Shown piece by piece: positions 12,527 to 22,942 of a stretch of DNA of 64,000 bases. Positions within the stretch are counted from its first letter, which is position 1. Every line of letters starts with the position of its first letter. The notes beneath the pieces were generated by a model that did not search any database, was not told the DNA's origin, and saw nothing but the letters and a program-made list of their open reading frames with translations. A program made the position numbers and the translations under genes. Location: positions 44,020,001 to 44,084,000 of the forward strand of contig OX597824.1 in the NCBI GenBank assembly GCA_951406725.2. Reading direction: 5' to 3'. This DNA comes from Octopus vulgaris (Eukaryota).

Positions 12527-13521
12527 AATATATACAAATGCATATATATGTATGCATGCACATGCACAAAATCTCCTGGCATATGCTTATACAAGTTAGT
12601 TGTTACATGCGAAAGAAAGAGAAGGAAAAAAATCAGAAAATGTTGAGTGGGGAGGAAGAAAACAGTAGAAAAGAGGAAAACGAAATAAAAAAGAAACAGA
12701 AAATTAGAGAGAGAGGAGGGGAAGATATATAGGGGTAGAAAGTATTACTTGATGACATTAGAAAAGTATCCAAAGGCGATTAGATACTTTGTTTAGTTTG
12801 CACATTGAGCACATAAAAATGCACACATAAAATGACGTATATCTATTTAAATACAAACATACATACAAATACATCTCCACACATATATAAAAGTATATAC
12901 ACATATATGTATATAAATATATACACATATATATATGCACACACATACCTACAATACATACACAAACATATAAATATGTGTATGTAGATGTGTGTGCGTA
13001 TATGTGTGTGTGTGTGTGTGTGTATATATATGTGTGTGTTATATATATATATACACACACACGTACATAAATACATATATGTATATATTTATATATACAT
13101 ATATAAATGTGTATATACTTTTATATATGTGAGCATGTATTTGCATACACATTTTTTGTATATTTGTATGCGTATCTATATGTGTATTTGTATGTTTGTA
13201 TTTAAGCAGATATAAATGTAATTTTATGTGTACGTTTTTATGTGCACGTTTTTATGTGCTCATTGTGCAAACTAAATGAAGTATCTAATCGTTTTTGGAT
13301 GCTTTTCTAACATCATCATGTAACACTCTCTATCTATATATATCTTTTTCTTGTTCTCTAATTTTCTTTTTTCTCTTTTCTACTGTTTTTTTCCTCCCCG
13401 CACACTATTTTCTGACTTTTTTCCTTCTTTCTTTCGCCTGTAACAACTAACTTGTATTAAGCATATGCCAGGAGATTTTGTGCATGTGCATGCATACATA
13501 TATATGCATTTGTATATATAT
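12527..13521. repeat. Long inverted repeat (about 350-bp arms) with a microsatellite-rich spacer
   Basis: atatatacaaatgcatatatatgtatgcatgcacatgcacaaaatctcctggcatatgctt... / ...aagcatatgccaggagattttgtgcatgtgcatgcatacatatatatgcatttgtatatat. Arms at about 12527-12875 and 13178-13521. Confidence 0.9.
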
Positions 13522-14419
13522 TTATGTCTTGCCTATATATGTCTATATATGTATGTAGCCATGTACCTGTGTCTGTATGTTTAGTGTATATATGTATATT
13601 ACAGAAGGTTTGGTATGTAATCTAGTGTGAAAAGTTTTTTAAACGGATATATCTTTTAATTGATTAATATTTTACAGCTAATTATTTACCCTGGGTATTC
13701 AGGCTATGTCCTTCTTTATAAGCTATTTTTGATTTAAGATTTTCTTCAATTTTTATAATATGATTTTATACTGCAATTTGTTATTTCATGCAAACGGTTA
13801 CTGAAAAGACCATTAGTTGAAAGGACCAATGAAACAAAGCATTTTCAAATGTGTATCTATCAAACTAATAGTATATATATATATTTTTATAACCTTATTT
13901 TTGTTCCATTCTAAACAAAACTGTCCGATGAACAGGAACATGAAACTTTGAGTAACAGTTTTTGTGATACTTTTGCAGCTTTTTAATAAAGTATACACAC
14001 ACACACACACACAAAAGAAAGTAATTCAATGTTATGGGAAAAGAGAAACACTGACTTAAAAATAATTTTGTGAGATGAATATCTGCATAATTATGTTAAG
14101 AAATTACATTAAGACTTTCAATAAATTAGAGTATAGATGGCAGATTAAAGAGATATCATGTTATGGCAAATACTCTTTATAAGCATTTGGAATTCCATAT
14201 GTCCAGTTGCATTCTCATTTTATTTTACACACAATTATTGAAGAACAGTATTGTTGCTTATAGATTTCCAATGGGATAATCTATTTCGCTGTATTGCTAA
14301 CAGCCAGAGTGACAAGGAGGTATCTGAAACTTGGTGCAGAATATATTGCAAAGGACTTTATAGAGAAAGTACTGGTTGTTTAATTTTCTTAACATTCTCA
14401 GTGAACAAGCCTCACTTAC

Positions 14420-14508
14420 CAATATGACAACCAGCCTCATTTAGAAACTGAAAAAGCCTAGCTGCTCAAAACCGAGCAGCTGATGGATCAGGGGTGTTTT
14501 TCTCACCC
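14420..14508 (-). other. Candidate stop-containing (poison or truncating) alternative exon of MARK
   Basis: aattttcacag|GGGTGAG...ATTG|gtaagt, 89 nt. In phase 2 it reads RGEKNTPDPSAARF*. Confidence 0.45.
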
Positions 14509-16371
14509 CTGTGAAAATTCAAGTAATGTTAATTTTGAGTCAAGTTTTTAATACAAATAAATATAAACTCAACAAAATGTGTTGAGAGTTTTCTTTCATC
14601 TGTCCTTCCTATCTTTCAAGATATCTAGACACACATACACTTTATATGTTTCCATCTACCAAATTCCACTCACAAACTGAAACTATGGTAAAAAAACACT
14701 TGCTCAAGGTGTTGTGTGCATGTAGAGAAAACTTCTTAACCACAGATCATCATCATCATTTAACATCCGTTGCCCATGCTGGCTTATTCTTTTCTATTTT
14801 GTGAAAGGTTTTTTCTGTGAGTCCTTATTTACCAATCCAGAGCAATATAGATTTTACCTATGTTGAATGAAGTAACTATATATGTAACAATTTGCATAAC
14901 CAAATTGTAAATGGTTTCCTTTTATTTATAAGTCTGTGATCGATAAATAGTGTACTGAAGTGTTTGGATCCAATGTTAGAATCTAACATACATACACCAA
15001 ACCATTATATCTTTTCTTACTCTTATACATACTTTTACAGTGCTCACAAATCAAACCTCAGTTATGGGATGTTTTATAAAAGTAACTTCCATGCTGTAAA
15101 TAAGACTTATATGAACCTCACTATTTCCTCCAACCTCATCTAAACTTTACAATTTTGAAGACAAAAAATGAAAATGGGGTGGGGGATTGACATCTAAGAT
15201 GCAGGTAGAAATTTACGGCAGGTTCTCAGCAAGCAATTACTTTTCTTCTTATTCTCCCTATTCTCAATCTTCTTTCATAGCTTCACTTCAATGAGTTTGG
15301 AACTGTAACACAATAGTACTAATAATTGATATATCAAATGATAAGAAGTTGAAATTGGAAGATATAATAATGAAAGTTATTCCAATATTTTCACAAGGCC
15401 TCAAACTTTAGCAGAGGATGTAATTGATTTATTCTATTACTGGTATTATTTTATCAACCCATAATTTCTTATAATTTCTGAAGAAATTTTAAGATTTTTA
15501 ATGACACAAGTCAAGCAAATTAATTCTAATTAGAAATTAAAAAACTGATTAGTCTCTTTGTCTCTTTCTGGCATCAGCTAATAACAATTTCTGGTTACAT
15601 AGACAAAATTAGAAATGTTTAAGCTAGAAAGTAAAGTAGATGAGAAGTTTCAACATGATATTCCCGAAGTAGTCTGATTAAAACCTAAACTAGAAGCAGT
15701 TTCAGCTTGCCAGTATTGTAATCCATTTTGCAGCATTCAATGTTAGTTTTGCTTGATGCTATCTAAATTCAGACTTGAAACAACAGTAATTTTTTAATAT
15801 TTCAATTAGGAATATCTATTTGCTCCCTTTTGTTGGGAACTGAATGCTTTCTAAGTTAGTGGATCAATTATATGGTGAGAGCAAGAAAAATATAAAGAAA
15901 ACGTTTAAAAAAAAAAATCTCTGAGAAAGTTTGTTTCAAGCAAAAAAAGCATGAGGATACTGTTAGAGAAACATGTAAGTTACAAGCAGATTTAGCTTTG
16001 AAAAATCTACAATTGCAGAGAGTTAGTGGAGGTAAAGACAGACTCAGTTATTGAAAGTTAATTAGTGGGAGAGGAAAGAGAAAAGAAAAATAGAAAGATA
16101 GAGCGCAAAGATCAGAGATTGCATGAGGAAAAGAACCTAGGTAGAGCAGAACATCCGAGAGTAAAGACATATTACAAGAAGAAATAAAATATTCTAAAAC
16201 ATTGTACAATAAATTTAGAATAATTATCAAAATAAATAATTGCATTCGGAAATTATATTTTTAAAAAGATTTATGAGAAAGAAAGAAAATTTAGAGGGTA
16301 AAAAGATGGACAAGCAATATGAAATGTCTTGCCCTAGTGGACTAGTGTGCTATTCAAAAAGGTTTCCTCAC

Positions 16372-16407
16372 CCGGGGGTATCTGTGTATGCCCTTCTGGG
16401 GTCACCA
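16372..16407 (-). CDS. Candidate 36-nt alternative microexon of MARK (SGDPRRAYTDTPG)
   Basis: Strong acceptor ttttttaatttcttccag and donor CGG|gtgagg. Phase 2-2 and frame-preserving, GC-rich against an AT-rich background. No transcript evidence is available. Confidence 0.55.
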
Positions 16408-18852
16408 CTGGAAGAAATTAAAAAAGCTGTCACCTTATAAAGAGTAAAAACGAGATATTTTAAAAGAAAATTAGCCTAAAAGATTCTTATGGGAGAAAAA
16501 AAAATCATACAAATCTCCGGGTGGGGTGTTGCCATATTGGTAAAGCAAAAGCATTACTTAACACTAAACTACAGGGACTGGATTAGTCAACAAGAGAGTT
16601 TACTAGTTTTCACTGTGATGCAATGAAAAGACAACAATAAAGCAGCTTATAACTAGTTTGTATTTGAGTTATTGATGCCTTCCCTTCTTTCAGCAATGAT
16701 CTAGACGGAAATATATATTTTGTATATAGATTACAGAACTGATTATTATGCTATATATTTATCTATTTATTATTATTATTATTAATTAGTTTATTATTAT
16801 TATTAATCTTTATTGAAATAAAAGTTTACATCAAATTATGAAAACACAAGTTTAGTTTACAAGTTATTCACCAAAGTATATTTGCTACATTTTATTTACA
16901 AAAAGCTATTTAAATAATTTCTCAGGGGTTATCAAGGATGGTTATCAGAATGGAAAGAACTAAACTGAACGTAAGAATAGTTTTCAAATTCTGATTTGAG
17001 TGTTTTATGGGAAAAAAGAATTAATGTGTCTGTGCATATAAATATTACAAATTAGCAAATACCAATTATGATTTATTCCCTAACCCTTATAATCTGTTGT
17101 GTAAGATGTTGAGTGGGCAGTCATCTCACAAGACAGCACAAATTCATGGCAACTCAGACTAATAAATATGTTTTCAAACATGAACATAAGCAAAATACAC
17201 AAATTATGTTAATATTAAGAAAAACAATAGCTACAAAAGAAAAAAATAAATAAAAATAAAATAAAAAATATAAAAAAGAAACAGTTTACAAATCTATAAA
17301 ATAAAACTTAATTTGTTTATTTAGTTTAAATGTAAAATTATTCCAACACATACAAAAAATTTTAAATGTTAAAAAGAAATAAATAAAAAAAATACTCAGA
17401 TAAAAGGGAGAAAAATAACCCTAACATTTGACATCTGTAACAATTGGACAGAATCAAGAAACAGAAGAATACATCATGAATTCTTCTCCTTCTGATGCAA
17501 AGTTTATGAATGAATTTGGATTTTATGTGCATTTAGTTTTGTATCAAATTTGTAAAAACTTCACTTCAGGATATGCAGAGAAAACAACATAAGAGCAAAA
17601 TAGTAGCTAGATAAGATAATAAAAGCAAAGAAAAGCCCTACAAAAAGAAAAGATGCTAGGCACAGCCAACCACTCATCCCCAACATCTTCCCATGAGCCA
17701 ACAGAGCAGTCTCTATGCAGGCATCTGGCTCGCTAAAAACAGAAGCCAAATCTCTTTCAGATCATATCCTTGCTATGCTAAAGAAAGGAAGGCACTGAAT
17801 CATATAGTCTGAAAAGGATTGAAAAAGATGGGATAGTTGCAATTCAAAGAATATTGATTGTAAGACTGCTTGACTAGGGCTTGGTTGGAGGGGCCAAATG
17901 ACACTCATATCTACCACCAATTAAAATTTTCGTTATGTTAGCACAATAATATTTCTGATAGATATAAAATTGATGTTGGTCGAATAGACCGCTTCTCATC
18001 TAAGACTCCTCACTGCTTTAAATTATTATTGAAATATATGAAGAATACTGAACATGATCTAAGAATGTTTTTCTTCTCTCTCTCTCACTCTCTCTTTTTT
18101 TTTGTTTTGTTTTTCCAACAACTATTGGATATAGTTAACTGCTGCTAAAAGAAGGTAGGCAGGAGAATAATATTAAGTTTAAATCCAAAAGTAAAAGTGT
18201 AAATAAAAACCCAAAACAAAACAAGACTTTCAAATATATATCCAATAAACTACTGAAACTGAGGAAAAAGACACAATTGCTAAGTCATCACAAATTAATT
18301 GATAAGACAAACAAGGAATTGCCAGAATATAGATAAGATTCAAGAGAAGGCAACTCAACATAACTGAAAAATTTTTAATAAAGGATATACTAATAACTAT
18401 AAGGAAACAAATGAAAAAATTGATTACCCATAAATATAAGGAAAACAGACATCGTGCACATGTTTCTTGGAATCTGAAATAATAATTCTCAAGAAAACAA
18501 TAGAAATTCCAACCCATATCTTCCTAAGTGGTGTTGAGAAGTATTTAATGAAACTAAATGGTAAAGAATGAAGCAGAGTTTTATGATTAGAAAATTGGAA
18601 AAATTCAAACAATTTGAACACACACACAACTTAAAAAGAAACAAAGAAGCTTGTATTATTAAAGTGTATGTGTGGCACATGAGTGCATGTGTATAAAGTG
18701 CATGTATGTACCAACACACATACACAGCTATACATATATACACAAACACTATTTGAGAGGTAACAAAACGCTGTAATAACAGTGGTGGTGAAGATGATGA
18801 GAAGGTGTGATGGTTGAGAAAGGGGTTGGAAAATACACTCATTAACACTTAC

Positions 18853-18930
18853 AAAGAGACAGCAACCATCTTACGAGAGACGACGTCATCATATTACTTC
18901 AGTTCCAATTGGCGGAGACTCAATTTACTC
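18853..18930 (-). other. Candidate stop-containing alternative exon of MARK
   Basis: cttcctgaacag|GAGTAAA...CTCTTT|gtaagt. In phase 2 it reads RSKLSLRQLELK*. Four CpGs are retained in a CpG-depleted intron. Confidence 0.35.
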
Positions 18931-21523
18931 CTGTTCAGGAAGTAGAACATGGGAGTTAATAATGTTGCTGTGATGGAGAAGGCTAACAAGATTTAGTAGA
19001 CCTGTCCTATTCTATGGTTAGCTAATACTAATAACTAAAAATACAAGCTGTCCGACTTAGTATAAATGATAGTTTCACAGCACACTTAAGTGAGATACTA
19101 GCTGTAATACTGTTTTAACGGATAAACTGACAAGCCAGTATAAATTTCAACTAAATTCCATAGGTAAAATCCAATGTGAGAATTTAGCAGCTCATGAAAA
19201 AGAGGGGAAATAGTGGTAGATGAATTTAGAGAATTTAATTACAGATATGTTCGGAAATCGAATATATAAGTAATGTTTCCCTAGGCACTTTGCATGAAAT
19301 TATTGAGACCATATACATTCTCCTGTGGCATGCATTAGAACTAAAAATTAAAAAAATAAAAATTACATTATATGTTTCTGAAAAGAAATGACAACAAAAT
19401 CAAAGTCAAAATAAAAAGAATGAAAAGAAAAATAATAGAAATGAATGAGACAATTTTCCATCAACTAGTATGGCAGTACCACAGCACAGACACTGTCAAA
19501 TGACCGAAGCTAGTGAAAACAAGATATGGTGTGGGAAGCAGTTTTAAGGAGTTAAAGTATTAAATAACAACTACTTGTTGTAGGACAAAGACACAAAAAG
19601 TTGTATATCAACAACAGGTGAAGATGTAACATTTCTAAGTATATGCTACAGAAAAAATAAAAGATGAGGTTATAAATGTGAAACTTAAAGAAAAGGGAGT
19701 TTTGTTATATTTTACATAAGGAGGAAAAGAGGGGCCTATCTAACATTTTAATTATTCAGAAATAAAGCCACACTGTAAATTCACACTTGAAACAAAAGAA
19801 ATGTGTGGCACCAGTTACTGCTGAAGTTTTAAATGTTTCCATAATCAATCAAAAGAAGAGGATTGTAGAGGAAAATAAAACATTGGTGATTGTGTGAAAG
19901 AAAATTTGTATGGTCCAAGATGACTTAACATACACAAAAATTAATGAACAACTAAATTAACTAAAACACATGCAAGTTTACACCGACAACAAAATACAAT
20001 AATCTTTACCAACCAAAAACTATTTCAATTATTTTCATTGTGTGGATAGGAATTAAAGCTAAATACATTTAGTCAGACATCTATTTATGCATTTTGGAGC
20101 CAAGTGTTTTCATATAAATAACAAAAAGCCAAAGAATACTAAGCTAAGATAGATGAAAAGATACCTTCCTTAGTCATAAGCTAATAGAATTTCCAATTAA
20201 TGATGTGAAAAGAACTTATCTCTAAACTTAAATATAAGAATATTTAACAGAAAGACAAATATTTGATCTTCTTAAATATGAATGATAGGTAATTGAAAGT
20301 TGATATTTTTGTCTTTACCAAAAAGTGATTACCATTAGGGAACAAAACTAGATAATGCACTAGAATTTACTGCTATACCAGAATCAGCCACGCTAACAAT
20401 TCTTAATCAAGGCACAAACCAAGGACTTATACAGAAAATGAAAGGAAACAAGTTATTCCATGATTGCCTTTCCTAATAGCAGAAGTTTGCAAATATTAAT
20501 TAAAATGTCTTTTAAACAGTTCCCCAAGAATCTAGTCACAAAGATATATAGCTAGCATTCACATTGGAGTCTGTTAACTTAGTAAACAGATACAAAGCAG
20601 CATGAAGTCACCTCATAAAATCTATAGTTTTCCAGCTAGGTAGATCTCAGCTTCTCTTGCATGTAGCACAATTCCACTGCAGTAAGTGAATTTAGTTATT
20701 CTCTAATCTTTCCTTATCAAGAGAAAAGGCAGTCCATATGATCCTTCACAGAGTCCCCTAGATTAGTAGGAGAAAGGTATCCTCAAACCAGAGACCTGGT
20801 CCAAATGCTTAAAACAGATTGGCCTCCACTTAAGGTCCCCAAAGTGTCAGTGCTAGTGTTATACCAGGTGACAGGTTAACTCTACCACACAAGGTTTTTA
20901 AGTTTAGTGATGAAAGTGATTTGGGATTGCTTTTTAATTGTACATCACCAACACAAATTCTAAATTTACTTATCCTCAAATTAAATTGGGGTAAAGAAAC
21001 TTCTAAATTTTGCTGGTGTTCTTAGCAAATTTAAATTGTTTTGCTACTCAATAAGGAACAGCACTGGATGCCATCATACATGATGTTTGTAACAAAATGT
21101 TCTGGGAAATTAGTCGTAACCCTAGAGAGGGTAAAATATAACCACCAAATTCGCAATTGATATAGATTTAATCATTATACATGTAAAAAGCTTCCACAAG
21201 TCTTGTTGCAATAATGATAATTGAAACAATCTATAAACCTTGTTTCATGCCTATTCTATGTGCAAAATGCCCAGAAAACTGTACATAGACCTCTTAAAAC
21301 TACACTGGCCACAATAAGTTTAAGACAAATGATGACAGTTCTATTCCTAATATATTTTTAACGAAACTGTATAAAATTTCTTTTCACAGTTTATGTAGAA
21401 TTTTTTCTCTTGCGAATGATATAGGTGTTATATATCTTTCTACAACTTGAATAATTTTAATGCACAATTAATTCATATGATTAAAAACTGTCAGCAAAAT
21501 AAGTTTTTAAGACTGTACTAATA

Positions 21524-21808
21524 TTGGAGTTAAGATTATTTGCCAACATAACATGGCAGTCCTGGTTTAGGACGAATGTTGCTGTAATTTAGCCACAGCA
21601 GACATTGTCTCCAGCTGGCTATACGACATGACCTGTGTCCTTACATTTCTGAACAAGGGGAATCATGCACCCCACTTGTTTGAAAATATAAGGACACAGA
21701 TTGTGTCATACAGCCAGCTGGAGACGATGTCTCCTGGGGCTAAATTACAGCAACGTTCATCCTAAACCAGGACTGCCATGTTATGTTGGCAAATAATCTT
21801 TACTCCAA
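21524..21808. mobile_element. Fully palindromic fold-back MITE nested in the Tc1 element
   Basis: About 137-bp arms ttggagttaagattatttgccaacataacatggcagtcctggtttagga... / ...tcctaaaccaggactgccatgttatgttggcaaataatctttactccaa around a loop of about 9 nt. Confidence 0.85.
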
Positions 21809-21949
21809 AGTACTGTTGCTGAATATCTCTCGTTGTGAGATTTAAAAATAGTAATTTTCAAGTGTACTAATATTATTTTGGATTATTTTGTTTAAATTGG
21901 AAATTTCTGGTACAAATGATCAACAAACAAAAAATTTATTATTAGTATC

Positions 21950-22942
21950 TAGTTCCATAGCCATTATTTTCAATTATGACCATACAATGGGAGGACATGG
22001 AGTTCGACAAATAAGCACAAAAATCACTTGGAAAGTTCTGCCATATTTCTTCAATAAAATTATATAATTGGAACAAATGTGTTGGTTTCTTAGCATGAAC
22101 TCTTTTTAGAAACATAACTCTATAAGTTTTTTATTGGATTCAAATTTAGGCTCTGCTGAGGCCACTCAATAACCACCATATTATTGCACTCAAAATATTG
22201 CAAAACTTTTCTAGCCTTATGAACAGGGCATTTGTCCTGCTTGAAAATAGATTCCGGTGGCATCTGCTTATTTAAATATAGCTGCACATTTTCATTTACT
22301 AATTGCAGATAGCCTACACTGTTCAGTCTGCCATCAACCTTAACAACTGGACCAGCACCATTACCTTCAACCCCCACCCCGTTTGCGCAGTTTTCTTGAC
22401 ATACTTAGGATGGAATTCTTCAGTTGGACAGTGTCGAACATAAGTCTTTCCATCAGATCCAAAATTGCAGATGCGGGATTTGTTGCTCCAAAGAACTTTT
22501 GCCCAGTCTTCAGTCATCCACTCAATATGACTTTTAGCAAACTTGATCTGCTTCTGCTGGTTCATCTCAGAAATTTTCAACTTCTTTCAAGCAATCCAGC
22601 CAAACAGTCCAAGTTCTTTTTGGCAGTTTCTGACAGTTTGTGGTGTAAAGCTGATGTCAGTTGCATCAGATAATTGCTTGCAAATGTCCACTGCTGTTAG
22701 CATTTGGTTACCTTCAGAGAGCCTATGAATTCCCGATTCATCTGTACTGTTGTCTTTTTCAAAGCACCCATTCTTTGCCAATTTTTGTATTGACTAGTGC
22801 TTTGATAAAGCTTCCATGCTTGAACACAAGCCATTTTGCTGCATTCTAATCGCTTGCTAATGTTCATGAAGGACACATTTTGCTGATCAAGTAACACAAT
22901 CTCTGATCTAATAACTGGACTGATACTATGACACTTTCCCAT
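21950..22942 (-). pseudogene. Frameshifted Tc1 (DD34E-type) transposase
   Basis: Fragments: MGKCHSISPVIRSEIVLL (paired-like HTH); FAKSHIEWMTEDWAKVLWSNKSR (degenerate WSDES); FKQDKCPVHKARKV; WPQQSLNLNPIKNL (degenerate WPSQSPDLNPIENL). The 3' boundary is approximate. Confidence 0.9.
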
